Shown piece by piece: positions 19,522-29,609 of a stretch of DNA of 64,000 nt. Every line of letters starts with the position of its first letter. Positions within the stretch are counted from its first letter, which is position 1. The DNA lies in the IMG/VR virus record IMGVR_UViG_3300026158_000083, positions 1 through 64,000 of that record; one strand, given 5' to 3'. The notes beneath the pieces were generated by a model. The model saw only the letters and a list, made by a program, of their open reading frames with translations, did not search any database and was not told the DNA's origin. The position numbers and the translations under genes are program-made. The DNA is from a virus (taxonomy: Duplodnaviria > Caudoviricetes).

Positions 19522-20093
19522 TGATCGATTCGCCGTGGGATAGACCGAATGTAGCCAATGAAATCGATGCGTATTGGGCCTGTCAGGATGAAACTGCCGC
19601 GCGCAAAGTTGTCGTGGCAGATTTGAAGCCGCATTTGCATGATGGCGATATTATGGATATCGGTTGTGGTAGCGGGCGCATTTATGAGACGTTGCGCGAC
19701 TTTGACATCATCAAAGAGCATCGCTATCGTGGTTATGATAGTTCACGCGAGATGATTGCCATTGCTAAAGGTCGCTACAAGCGCGTCAAGTTTGAATATG
19801 CTGATCTTATGGATATCGATCAACCAGCAGCCAACGTAATTTGTATCAATGTTTTGCAGCATATCGATGATTGGCAGACGACTACCAGCAAGATGTTGGG
19901 ACTAGCCGAAAAGATGCTCTATGTCGTCGCGTGGTTTGGCAGCACGGCTAGTCGCAAATACGATAGCGGTACGGGTTTCTGGAATAACTGGCTGGATCAT
20001 CAGAAATTCGTAGATTTTTGTCAGCCACACGGTATAGTTATCAGCCGTATGAATCTATGGGGTACGGTGGGTTCTGTAACAGTCTACAAGTGA
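19521..20093 (+). CDS. Class I SAM-dependent methyltransferase
   Basis: IMDIGCGSG motif I, GYDSSREMI, VLQH. Confidence 0.9.
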   Translation: MIDSPWDRPNVANEIDAYWACQDETAARKVVVADLKPHLHDGDIMDIGCGSGRIYETLRDFDIIKEHRYRGYDSSREMIAIAKGRYKRVKFEYADLMDIDQPAANVICINVLQHIDDWQTTTSKMLGLAEKMLYVVAWFGSTASRKYDSGTGFWNNWLDHQKFVDFCQPHGIVISRMNLWGTVGSVTVYK

Positions 20094-20099
20094 GTTGCA

Positions 20100-20681
20100 A
20101 TGGATAAACCAGCATTTGTATATTCAATTCAACCGAATCCAGATTACGGTTACATCGTAGATGGCGAACACATTTTTTTGCGACCTATGCAGCCTAATCT
20201 ACGAGATGGTTATTACGTGACGCGCTGGCGCAATCACGATAGCGCGCGTGTGGCGTTTTGGAACACACAGATTGTCACGCCGGAAAGTCATATCAACTGG
20301 TTGAATAAAAAATCACCTTATGATATGGTGTGGATGGGTTGTAAGCACGGCACGTCTAAACCGATTGGTATGGTTGGCCTAATAATTGATCCGGCAACGC
20401 ATAGCGGAGAAGCTGGCCGTTACTTTGTCGATCAAGATGAGCGCGGTAACGGTTTTGGCGTCGATCTTGATAAGCTGGTTATCGCGACGGCATTTCAGTT
20501 GTTCAACCTAAACGCGATTTGGCTGGACGCTTGGGCGGCTAACGAAACCGCCATGAACATGCACATCAAGAACGGTTGGCGTGTAGCCGGTTACGATATT
20601 GCCGGTCACACACGCGTCGATGGTAGCGTAGTACACATGATAATCACTGCTAACGACTGGCATGTATTGCATGCGCCGTGA
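20100..20681 (+). CDS. GNAT N-acetyltransferase (PseH-like)
   Basis: WRN-HINW N-terminus as in PseH; ERGNGFG acetyl-CoA motif; NETAMNMHIKNGW. Confidence 0.8.
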   Translation: MDKPAFVYSIQPNPDYGYIVDGEHIFLRPMQPNLRDGYYVTRWRNHDSARVAFWNTQIVTPESHINWLNKKSPYDMVWMGCKHGTSKPIGMVGLIIDPATHSGEAGRYFVDQDERGNGFGVDLDKLVIATAFQLFNLNAIWLDAWAANETAMNMHIKNGWRVAGYDIAGHTRVDGSVVHMIITANDWHVLHAP

Positions 20682-20694
20682 ATAGTGGTATGAT
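20667..20694 (+). promoter_or_regulatory. Internal extended -10 promoter before the aminotransferase
   Basis: TTGCAT, 16 bp, TGnTATGAT. Confidence 0.45.
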
Positions 20695-20722
20695 ACTGTC
20701 ATTCTAGCGAAAGGCTGGTTTC

Positions 20723-21790
20723 ATGATTCAGGTTCTGCAACCGGCATATACCGAATCTGACATTGCCGCAGTTAGCGAAGCCATGCGCAGTTGCTGGTGG
20801 GGTTTGGGTCCGCGCTGCGTTGAGCTTGAAAAACAGTTGACCGAACGCAGCGGTTATAAGTACGCCGTAACTGTTAATTCGGCAACATCTGCGCTACATC
20901 TGGCCTTGCTGGCTAACAATGTTGGACCCGGCGATGAAGTAATCGTTCCAGCTCTGACATTCATTTCAACAGCGCTTGCAGTTACGTACACCGGCGCGAC
21001 GCCTGTATTTGCAGATATCGATCCAACAACGCTGACGCTGGATTGGCGCGATGTGCGTTCAAAAATTACTTGGCGCACAAAAGCGGTCATTCCGGTAGAC
21101 TATGCCGGACAGCCTGCGTGGCCGAGCGCGCTGCCTGCTAACATCACAATTGTTGAAGATGCGGCGCACAATGTGCTTGGTTCGCATTATGGCGATGCCG
21201 TTTGCTATTCATTCCATCCAGTCAAGCAACTGGCTACGGCTGATGGCGGCGCGATTCTTACCAACAATGCGCAACAGGCCGCTAGACTGCAAGCGCTGCG
21301 TTGGTGTGGTATAGATCGTTCAACGTGGCAGCGCAGCGGTAAACGCTATTCGTGGGATTATGATATTGCTGAAGTTGGTTATAAATACCAATTCAATGAT
21401 ATACAAGCTGCATTAGCGCTTTCGCAGCTAACACGTTGGGATGAGATTGTTGCTAGACGCCGCGCGATGGTAGATTACTATTTCAAAGAATTGCGCGGCA
21501 TCGATGGTTTAGAATTACCAGCAGATAGTGCCGGCCATACCTGGCATCTGTTTGTCGTGCGCGTCGCGTCAGAAAAGCGCGACGACTTACTGGACTATCT
21601 GGCCGCAAAAGGCATTGGCGCAGGCGTGCATTACAAACCATTGACGCACTATAAACCTTATCTGCAAGAGACGCCGCCGTTGACCGAAAAGGTTTGGCGC
21701 AGATTGGTTACGTTGCCGCTACATCTCAATCTTAGTGTCGAAGATCAGGCGCAGGTATGCACGGCTATCAAGGAATATTTGGCTAAGTGA
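20723..21790 (+). CDS. DegT/DnrJ/EryC1/StrS PLP-dependent sugar aminotransferase (PseC/VioA-like)
   Basis: NSATSALHLAL, EDAAH, YSFHPVK (PLP lysine), GYKYQFNDIQAAL. Confidence 0.92.
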   Translation: MIQVLQPAYTESDIAAVSEAMRSCWWGLGPRCVELEKQLTERSGYKYAVTVNSATSALHLALLANNVGPGDEVIVPALTFISTALAVTYTGATPVFADIDPTTLTLDWRDVRSKITWRTKAVIPVDYAGQPAWPSALPANITIVEDAAHNVLGSHYGDAVCYSFHPVKQLATADGGAILTNNAQQAARLQALRWCGIDRSTWQRSGKRYSWDYDIAEVGYKYQFNDIQAALALSQLTRWDEIVARRRAMVDYYFKELRGIDGLELPADSAGHTWHLFVVRVASEKRDDLLDYLAAKGIGAGVHYKPLTHYKPYLQETPPLTEKVWRRLVTLPLHLNLSVEDQAQVCTAIKEYLAK

Positions 21791-21791
21791 T

Positions 21792-22247
21792 ATGGCAACA
21801 CTAGCACAACTAGCACCACGCATTTTTCGTTTAGCTAATCGTCGTTACGGTAAGCCGTATATGACAGTAGTTAGACCAGTCGATGATTGGAATCTGCCGA
21901 ACGACTTTGCTTATGATCCAGACGTAGATGCGGTGCGCAATTCTAACGGTACAGTGTTGCCTAATCCCGAAGATTATTGGACATCTGATGTTGTCTATAT
22001 TGTGCCAACTAAAGCTGACTGGCGCGATGATGTAGCAGAACTCTTTAAGGTTGTCGCCGGTGGCATGCTAAACGAAGGTACATTGGAATTGTGGATTGCT
22101 CAGGGCGATATCAGTAAAGTAAGAGCCGCACATTCAGTTTTGCTGGATCGTCGATGGTATAATGTCGAAAATCAACAGGAAGCGCCATCAGGTTATCCTG
22201 GTACAGACGGCTTGTGGAGCCGGGTTAGATTGCGGGGTAGGTCATGA
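21792..22247 (+). CDS. Head-closure (stopper)-like protein
   Basis: Position before the tail terminator; beta-rich, about 150 aa. Confidence 0.55.
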   Translation: MATLAQLAPRIFRLANRRYGKPYMTVVRPVDDWNLPNDFAYDPDVDAVRNSNGTVLPNPEDYWTSDVVYIVPTKADWRDDVAELFKVVAGGMLNEGTLELWIAQGDISKVRAAHSVLLDRRWYNVENQQEAPSGYPGTDGLWSRVRLRGRS

Positions 22248-22639
22248 TACTGGAAGTTTTTGAAAGTATACTCGCGGCCTACAAGACTGAATTATCTGTT
22301 ACGACTAGCAAGGGCTATCCTAACTGGGCGCGGCCAGATTTGGTAACACCTTGCGCGGCGCTAGAGTTCGCCGGATTTCAGCCGTATAAAGATCGTATCG
22401 GCCAAACGCTCAGTACATCTAGCATTACATTTAGGGGCTGGCTTTTCGCGCGGGATGAGCCACAACTATGCGCAATGGTAGATGCATTGATCGAATGGCA
22501 CAGAACTGACGGCAGCGCGTTTGAAGCGGCAGCGCGACGCGTAGCCTGTATGCTGCAAGCTTTGGAACGCCATGATCCGTTGACTAGCAATATCAACGAG
22601 ACGCATGCCGTAACTTTCTTACTACAAGTAGTCTACTGA
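22244..22639 (+). CDS. Tail terminator/completion protein
   Basis: 131 aa directly upstream of the major tail gene. Confidence 0.6.
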   Translation: MILEVFESILAAYKTELSVTTSKGYPNWARPDLVTPCAALEFAGFQPYKDRIGQTLSTSSITFRGWLFARDEPQLCAMVDALIEWHRTDGSAFEAAARRVACMLQALERHDPLTSNINETHAVTFLLQVVY

Positions 22640-22654
22640 GACTAAGAGGTAAAA

Positions 22655-23164
22655 ATGGCTCGTATCGCATTTAATGCCGATTTGGACCTGCGACAGCAAT
22701 ATCTGTCCATGCTTTATCATAAGATTCCTGGCGAAGCAGCTTGGACGCTTATCGATCAGGGCAAGGTCAGCACGCCGTCGTCTAAGGCTGACGAAAAAAC
22801 CTACAACCGCATCGGCGATGAAAATCAGGTCAAGGTCGCTGGTCAGATTACCACTGACGTGACGCTGCAAGTCTATGTCGATGATAATCTTGACGAAGTA
22901 GCCCGCATGCTTGGTTTCGTTCGTCCTGGTAGCGGTTGGTCGGGCAGTGAGGTTATCAAGCTCGATCCGACTAAGGTAAGCGATCTCAAGCTTGAGAGCT
23001 ATAACGGTGTTACGGCGGGCAGCACGCTGCTGTACACCGAATACATCAATCAGTTCCGCCCGATGAACTTCTCGGTGCCTGAGGACGCTGATGGCGACGT
23101 GCGTATCGCTGAACTTAGTGGTTCGTGCGCCAGCTACTACATCGTACCTGAGTCCGGAACGTAA
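22655..23164 (+). CDS. Major tail tube protein
   Basis: GAGG RBS; precedes the frameshifting chaperone and the tape measure; followed by a stable hairpin. Confidence 0.75.
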   Translation: MARIAFNADLDLRQQYLSMLYHKIPGEAAWTLIDQGKVSTPSSKADEKTYNRIGDENQVKVAGQITTDVTLQVYVDDNLDEVARMLGFVRPGSGWSGSEVIKLDPTKVSDLKLESYNGVTAGSTLLYTEYINQFRPMNFSVPEDADGDVRIAELSGSCASYYIVPESGT

Positions 23165-23185
23165 GTTTGGCTGGTAAAAGCGGCA

Positions 23186-23207
23186 GGGGCGTTCGCAAGA
23201 ACGCCCC
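23186..23207 (+). other. GC-rich hairpin with GCAA tetraloop (possible mRNA stability element)
   Basis: GGGGCGTTC-GCAA-GAACGCCCC, no T-tract. Confidence 0.6.
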
Positions 23208-23226
23208 GGTGTCTGATAGGGGGAGT

Positions 23227-23778
23227 ATGGACAATAAAGTCACGCTGACCGATGCGGTCGGCAACGAAATGCTGTCGTTTGAGGTGGACGGCAAGCAATT
23301 CTATGTGCGCCAGCCGACGCCGGAAGAATATGACGACGCGATGGCGCTGCAATCCTTGGTGTATCGCAAGACGCTGGCCGCACCGCACATCAAAGACGTT
23401 GCTGATGTGCCGTGTTCTGATGGCGAACGCGCCATATTTCAGGCTATGATTGATGACGCACAGCGCAGGTTCGATGAATCTGAGGATGAGGTCGCAAAGC
23501 AGAGTCTGGCACAGGAGCTGGCTCGTCTGCAAACCGAACTTGAAGGACGCACGCTGGCGGAGGAAACGGCTTCCGATACCGCAGCGCTAAAACGCGACCG
23601 TTGGCTATGTGCGCGCTTGCTGTGCGACGCTAACGGTAAATCGTTGTTCGACACTGCCAGCAAAGACTTTGAAAAACGTTGGAACAAATTGCCGGTACGC
23701 ATCAAGAATGAGGTGCGACCGCTTATCTGGCGCGCATTGGCATTGGTGCGTGAAGCCCCTTTCTCGTTGGACCTCTAA
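23227..23778 (+). CDS. Tail assembly chaperone (gpG-like)
   Basis: GGGGAG RBS; ends just after an in-frame slippery heptamer. Confidence 0.8.
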   Translation: MDNKVTLTDAVGNEMLSFEVDGKQFYVRQPTPEEYDDAMALQSLVYRKTLAAPHIKDVADVPCSDGERAIFQAMIDDAQRRFDESEDEVAKQSLAQELARLQTELEGRTLAEETASDTAALKRDRWLCARLLCDANGKSLFDTASKDFEKRWNKLPVRIKNEVRPLIWRALALVREAPFSLDL

Positions 23779-24014
23779 CGCGCGCACACATCAGACTGGC
23801 CGAACGTTTTGGTCAGACGCCTTTTCGTGCTAGTTGGGCTGACATGAGTGCAGCTCAACTAGCCGTTATTTTAGCCGCACTACAAGACAGAGAGGTGGGC
23901 GAAGCTGATGCTAAGGCTAAGCCACTTAAGGAACAACCGCGCGTTTCGCGCAGTGTTATGCTAGAATTAGCAAAACGAACCAATCAAACAGTTGTTGACG
24001 CTAAGGCGGAATAA
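23757..24014 (+). CDS. -1 frameshift extension of the chaperone (gpGT-like)
   Basis: C-CCT-TTC at 23757-23763; the -1 frame stays open to TAA at 24012-24014. Confidence 0.8.
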   Translation, partial: PFLVGPLTRAHIRLAERFGQTPFRASWADMSAAQLAVILAALQDREVGEADAKAKPLKEQPRVSRSVMLELAKRTNQTVVDAKAE

Positions 24015-24017
24015 CGC

Positions 24018-27000
24018 ATGGCAGTAGATCAATTACGCTTCGATATCATTATCGGGTCTAAAGACTTCGATACCACCAATGCGAAGGTCGCTAAAAGCAT
24101 CACATTGATGGATGATCTTGGCAATGCTACGCAGTACGCCGTCAACAAGATGGCTGAGCTAGCGGCCAGGGATATCAAAGTCGATGTTACGGGCAATGTT
24201 ACACAAGCCTCATATAAGAAGCAGGTCGGCGATCAAGAACTAGCCGCCGCGCGTCTGCGTCAGCAAATTGAAAACGCAATTTTAGACCGTAAAGAGGTTG
24301 ATCGCGCGGCAGCCGCAAAACAACAAGCTGCAAGTGACGTTAGCGGAAACAAATTTGCGGTTGAAACGGAGCGTAAGCAAGCCAGAGATTTGCGCAAAGA
24401 AGCCGCAGATTTGCGCGACCTGGCAAAAGTAGTTGCTGCCGAAAACGCCACTGAAAAAGATGCCGCTAAGCAAAAAATGGTTGATGGCGCTCTGCTATTA
24501 GCCAAGCAAAAAGAATCAGCGGCTATTCGATTAGAAACCTCAGCGAAAGAAAAAGCAGATAATCAAGCTTACCTCAACTCGCGTTCCGCTGCATTGCGCG
24601 ACGAACTTAGACTCAAACAGTCGGCTCAGCAGAGGTCCACAGAACAGGTGGCCGCTGCGCAAAGGGAACTTGCGCAGAATATAGCTATAACTTCAGAGGT
24701 AAAGCGACAGTTAGACCTAAAGCGACAATCATCCGGGCCAGATACTCTTATTAAAGATACAAAAAGAGGTGGTCTGTCGCCAGAGCTAACGAACACGCAG
24801 GCTCTAAATGCCGAGTTGTCTGATACAGCGCGTATCAACGCCATCGTAGAACAAGCCGAAGCTAAACGCGCGGCCTGGGCAAACAAGATCACTACTGAGT
24901 ATCGCGGCACTAATGCCGAAGCGCAAAAATTAGCTGATATCAGCGCCAGTCAAGGTGCTTCAGGTACAATCGACGTACCGGAAGGTCTTACTGGCGGCAC
25001 ATATCAATCTGACTTGGCTAATTTCACGCGCGAATATGAGAAGACGGCTGGCAAGGCTGGTAATACTACTAAAAAGCTTGGCCGAGAAGTTAACGTGGCC
25101 GACGCAGAAATGCGCGACTTTTCCATTGGCCTGCGTTCTGCCGTCTCTATGCTTGGTCATCCATCACTAGAAGGTTCGCTGTATTTCTTCTCACAAATTG
25201 GTCGTAACCTAAAGGGTTGGCCGCTTGTATTGGGTCTCACTGGTTTTGCGCTTGGTGGTATCATTGCCGGTTTGACCAGTCTTATTGACGAAGGCGCTAA
25301 AATCGATGCTGTCAGTACGGCATTTGAAAATCTATCAAAGAATATCGGCACAGTTGGCACGGAACTTGCTAAACAGGTAAAGGGCGCGGCGGGCGATGCA
25401 ATAACGCTTGGCGAAAGCATGACGCAGCTGAATCGTGCCTATATGGCCGGTGGTGCAAGCTTTGCCAATGAATTGCCACGTCTGATGGAGATTGCGCGCA
25501 GCAGCGCGTTGGCTACCGGCAAAGATATCAACTACGTTTTCAACTCGCTAGTTACTGGTATTGCCCGCGGTTCGCCACGTCTCATTGATAATGCCGACAT
25601 CTATCTAAAACTTGGTGATGCAGCCGGTGAATATGCCAAACAAACTGGCAAAGCCATCACGCAGCTAACTGCTGAAGATAAAATTATGGCTACCTTGCTG
25701 GCTGTTTTGAAGCAGGGCGAAAAGTCCATACGCGATATTGGCCTAAGCGGAAAGACATCGGCTGAAGACCTACAAAGCTTTTCGTCCGCCCTTAAAGACC
25801 TAAAGGCCGGTGCTGGAAAAATTCTTATTGAGATAGGAATTACGAAAGCGGTAGGCGAAACTGGCGATGTGCTAAGTCAAGCCGCGGATCGTTTGGCTCT
25901 TATTTCGCAATTCAAAAAAGACCTTGAAATGATTAAGTTGTTCGGTGAAGGCATGCAAGCCACCGAACTTTCTGGACGAGCAGCAGCAGCCGAATTAAAC
26001 GCACTAAAGGCTTATCTGCTAGATGATGTTGAAGGCAGTCAGGAACTATATCAAATAGTTCTTGAAATTATGGCTGCCGCTGCTAAATTTAGATCAGAGC
26101 TAGAGGGTCAAGAACAAACCGACGTTGGTTGGGCAGAGCAAAGGACTAAAGATACTAAAGCGCTTGCTGCGTCTACCGATGAAGCCGCAAAGCGCATGGA
26201 AGAATTCAATACAGCCTTCAACGATGCCGCCGAAATGGATACGCCATTCAAGGAGATGGCTAAGGGTCTTGGTGATCTTGTCAAAAATATGACCGCCGCA
26301 CTTTCGGGACTGAGAATACCTGAAATGAAGGGCGGCATAATGGAGATCGATACTGGCAGTTTAGAAAGCTGGCTACTATACACGCGCGACATCATCGGCG
26401 TTGAATCTGACGCCTATATCGCCATAGCCAATCTAACCAATCAGATTCGCGAACAGCAAAAGGCCATTATTGCCAATGCATCTGCGTATGGCACCAATGA
26501 AGGTAAGATGCTGTCTTTCGCCCAAGCCGCTTTTGGTGTCGATGCAACTGCCAAGACCATCATTGAAAACTTCGACAGTCTAACGGTTGAGGCTAAACGT
26601 TTCGTAACTGAAATCGGTACACTGAGCTTTGCGCTAGATGAATTTTACGCGGCACGGCGCGAACCCATTAGTATCAAGGTCGTTTACGATGAAGTTACTA
26701 AAGCACAGGACGCGCTAGATGATCTGGCGACCCAGATTTCACTTGCTGGTGGCAAATCAGATGCTGAGGCTTTTCGCGCGCGCGGCGTGGCCGTTATCAC
26801 GGCCTTTGAACAAGGCTTGCGTGAACTTGGCGAAATCGATCCGATAACATTCCAGATACTGCTTGGCAACGCTTTGGCCGGTATTACTGCTGAGGGCGAA
26901 CAGCTGCGCGAGCGCTATGAGGGTATCAAGGAAATCGGTGATCAGATCAATAATCTGATTCGCGATTCTAAATTGCCGAAACTGCCAGACATCGGTGAAC

Positions 27001-29249
27001 TCACGCTGATGGTAGACACGTATGGACTAAATCAGTACATTACGCGTCTGCAAGAACTTGGGCTAATAGAGGCCAGTGCTGCCGCTAGTACCAGATCATT
27101 CATTTTTGAACTGGCAAATGAACGGCGAGCGCTAATGGACAGCGCCGCGGCGATTGCCGATCCTGCCGAACGTCTCCGCTTCCTAATTACGCAGCTATTC
27201 GGCGCTGATGCTGGTCTGCAAGAATTTGCCGATGGACTGAAAGACATTCCGGCAGACATCAGACCTGCTGTTTTGGCGCTTGGCGATTTGAGCGCGGCAA
27301 TTGCATTTCTAAATGCGCAGAAGCTTGCGCCAGTAACGCTAGATGTTGAAATTGGCGCGCTTATTTCTGGTCGCGAGGCTATCGAAAGCGCGACCGAAGC
27401 ATTTACAGATTACATGGAGCCAACGAAGGTTCTGAATCTGCGTCGCAACACGATTGCCGCTTACGAAGCCGATTTGAAAGCGCTTGGCAAACGGCAGACC
27501 ACAATGTCTGTCGAGCAATACAATCTGGAAGTTCGCGCTTTACAGGGCAAATACACCACCATGCTCAATGACGCGCAAAGTTATTACGATTCGCTGGATA
27601 GCCGATCTAAGGAATCGGCATCTGCGCGCACAAAAGATGCTGGTGCAATAAAAAGCGCGATTGAAGCAGCCATGAAGACCGGCCTTGAAGTTACTGAGGC
27701 CGACATGCTGGCTACGAAAGCTGGCACGTATGAAGACACAACAATGGAGTCTGCGCGCCGCCTAAATGCTATCGCTGAGCGTGGTTTTTCTGAACTAAAG
27801 GCGCATCCTGATTGGGCCGCTGCGCTACAAATTCCGCCAGATGTTTTGGGCGGAACTGAGGACGCACTAAAAGCGTGGGCTGCAAAGACATCGCAGGACG
27901 TGCAGGATTTAGCAGCCGATCCTAGCATGTATAATTGGGAAGCATTTGTTAAAAACTATAAAGAAGGCATAGACAAAGAAGCCAAAAAGGAGATTATTCT
28001 TGACATCGCGCTTGGCAAGCTAAAAGCAGCCGGTCTTATGGAAGGTAAGACCGATGCTGAAGCGCGCAAAGAAATTCTAAAAATGTGGGGCCTTGATGAA
28101 CCAGAAGTTACATTCAAGACTGAGTTTCCTGAGGCCACTACCAGCGACAAAGCCTTGAGCGCGTTTTTCAAACAGATGCGCGATGGCGAACCGATTAATA
28201 GCGAAATTCTGGTAAGCGTCAAATCGACAGAGGGCGCAGGAAGAATCGTTGACACAGAACAGACGCCAACGGAAAAACTAGAAAGTTCTAAACCGCTTAC
28301 TAGCACAAAAGCAATACAGACCGGTGTGGCGACTGGACAAATGGCACCAACTGCGGAGATGATAGCTAATTGGAATGCGCAGCTTGCCACGTTGTCCGGT
28401 GCTAATCCGGCGCAAGTAGCCACAATGCTGGCGCAGCCAGAAGCTGAAAAAGTATCTGTTTGGCGCGAACAACTCAATACGCTGATATCGGGTGATAATG
28501 CTGCTAAAGTCGTCACGACGCTGCTTATACCAAGTGAAGATAATCAAAAAAGTTTTCGCGATCAAATTAGCAGCGAATTCATCAATGATCCAATAACTGC
28601 TAACACCGCACTCGGTTTTCGCATGGAACAATTAGACGAATATCGCGGCGGTGCAGAGGCCGTGTTTATAGAACAACCTGTTACCGTAGATACAGCGCTT
28701 GGCGGCACGCTGGAAAGCATAGTGCTATTTCGCGATGGCGTAGAAAACTTATTCAAACTAGACCCTTTACAGATAGAAACTATTTTAGTCGGTCCAGACG
28801 GTTTGCCGCTTGGACCGTTACCTGAAAAGCCTGAACAGCCAGGATATCTAAGTAAACCAGAACAGCAAGCTAGTTATAAACCAACTGGCAAAGTTCCAGG
28901 TATGGCCTCGTTGATACCGGAAGATTATGCTAAAAGTTTGACGGAGACTATTGATTTGACGGGTCCAGGAGCAGACATTGCTTCGACGCTGTACACATCG
29001 ATAATCGAATCCGTAAAGCAGCAGGAACCTGGATTTATTATCGCCAACTTTTACGCCAGCGATTTTCAGGCCAGCAAGCCAATTTGGCAAGCCATAGGAA
29101 AATCGGCTGGTGAAGATATAGCGACTGCAATGGTGACGGCAATTGAAAAAAATGTAGGCGTTGTACGCAAAAGAATCGCTGAAATGATCGCGCCAGAAGT
29201 GGCAACCATTCTTGCTATGTCTAGTAAAGGCGGAGGTGCGTTACCGTGA
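24018..29249 (+). CDS. Tape measure protein
   Basis: 1743 aa, helical and Ala-rich, follows the chaperone pair. Confidence 0.92.
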   Translation: MAVDQLRFDIIIGSKDFDTTNAKVAKSITLMDDLGNATQYAVNKMAELAARDIKVDVTGNVTQASYKKQVGDQELAAARLRQQIENAILDRKEVDRAAAAKQQAASDVSGNKFAVETERKQARDLRKEAADLRDLAKVVAAENATEKDAAKQKMVDGALLLAKQKESAAIRLETSAKEKADNQAYLNSRSAALRDELRLKQSAQQRSTEQVAAAQRELAQNIAITSEVKRQLDLKRQSSGPDTLIKDTKRGGLSPELTNTQALNAELSDTARINAIVEQAEAKRAAWANKITTEYRGTNAEAQKLADISASQGASGTIDVPEGLTGGTYQSDLANFTREYEKTAGKAGNTTKKLGREVNVADAEMRDFSIGLRSAVSMLGHPSLEGSLYFFSQIGRNLKGWPLVLGLTGFALGGIIAGLTSLIDEGAKIDAVSTAFENLSKNIGTVGTELAKQVKGAAGDAITLGESMTQLNRAYMAGGASFANELPRLMEIARSSALATGKDINYVFNSLVTGIARGSPRLIDNADIYLKLGDAAGEYAKQTGKAITQLTAEDKIMATLLAVLKQGEKSIRDIGLSGKTSAEDLQSFSSALKDLKAGAGKILIEIGITKAVGETGDVLSQAADRLALISQFKKDLEMIKLFGEGMQATELSGRAAAAELNALKAYLLDDVEGSQELYQIVLEIMAAAAKFRSELEGQEQTDVGWAEQRTKDTKALAASTDEAAKRMEEFNTAFNDAAEMDTPFKEMAKGLGDLVKNMTAALSGLRIPEMKGGIMEIDTGSLESWLLYTRDIIGVESDAYIAIANLTNQIREQQKAIIANASAYGTNEGKMLSFAQAAFGVDATAKTIIENFDSLTVEAKRFVTEIGTLSFALDEFYAARREPISIKVVYDEVTKAQDALDDLATQISLAGGKSDAEAFRARGVAVITAFEQGLRELGEIDPITFQILLGNALAGITAEGEQLRERYEGIKEIGDQINNLIRDSKLPKLPDIGELTLMVDTYGLNQYITRLQELGLIEASAAASTRSFIFELANERRALMDSAAAIADPAERLRFLITQLFGADAGLQEFADGLKDIPADIRPAVLALGDLSAAIAFLNAQKLAPVTLDVEIGALISGREAIESATEAFTDYMEPTKVLNLRRNTIAAYEADLKALGKRQTTMSVEQYNLEVRALQGKYTTMLNDAQSYYDSLDSRSKESASARTKDAGAIKSAIEAAMKTGLEVTEADMLATKAGTYEDTTMESARRLNAIAERGFSELKAHPDWAAALQIPPDVLGGTEDALKAWAAKTSQDVQDLAADPSMYNWEAFVKNYKEGIDKEAKKEIILDIALGKLKAAGLMEGKTDAEARKEILKMWGLDEPEVTFKTEFPEATTSDKALSAFFKQMRDGEPINSEILVSVKSTEGAGRIVDTEQTPTEKLESSKPLTSTKAIQTGVATGQMAPTAEMIANWNAQLATLSGANPAQVATMLAQPEAEKVSVWREQLNTLISGDNAAKVVTTLLIPSEDNQKSFRDQISSEFINDPITANTALGFRMEQLDEYRGGAEAVFIEQPVTVDTALGGTLESIVLFRDGVENLFKLDPLQIETILVGPDGLPLGPLPEKPEQPGYLSKPEQQASYKPTGKVPGMASLIPEDYAKSLTETIDLTGPGADIASTLYTSIIESVKQQEPGFIIANFYASDFQASKPIWQAIGKSAGEDIATAMVTAIEKNVGVVRKRIAEMIAPEVATILAMSSKGGGALP

Positions 29250-29608
29250 CGCTAGAGCTAAAATTCGGCGAGACTACCATGCCAAATCCGCGTTACGATA
29301 CGCCTTACGATATGGAGTATCTTGGTTTTGGCGTGCAGTTCAGAACGCTAGACACGACACTGAAAACGCAATTAATGGGTCACAAATATCGAACGCGCAT
29401 TTACTGGAACGGACTTACCAAGGATGAGCGTGCGACTGTACTATCCGCGTTTGTTTCGCTGCTATCTACGGCTAGTGTTGTTACATTTCCAGACACGTCA
29501 ACATTGACGGTGCAATCTATTATCGGTTCGTGGTCTGAACAAGTATGGTATAGTCCGTGGGCCAAGATAGGCTATTATGACGTATCATTTCAGGTAGAAG
29601 AAGTCTAA
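29246..29608 (+). CDS. Distal tail (Dit)-like protein
   Basis: 120 aa directly after the tape measure; ends FQVEEV. Confidence 0.6.
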   Translation: MTLELKFGETTMPNPRYDTPYDMEYLGFGVQFRTLDTTLKTQLMGHKYRTRIYWNGLTKDERATVLSAFVSLLSTASVVTFPDTSTLTVQSIIGSWSEQVWYSPWAKIGYYDVSFQVEEV

Positions 29609-29609
29609 G

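Noticed and set aside
18168-21790. Complete pseudaminic acid pathway
   Set aside because: Only PseB/C/H-like steps are present; no PseG, PseI or PseF is in the window. The product's stereochemistry cannot be read from sequence.
23167-23226. Longer chaperone start from the ORF track
   Set aside because: It spans the intergenic hairpin; the ATG at 23227 has the RBS.
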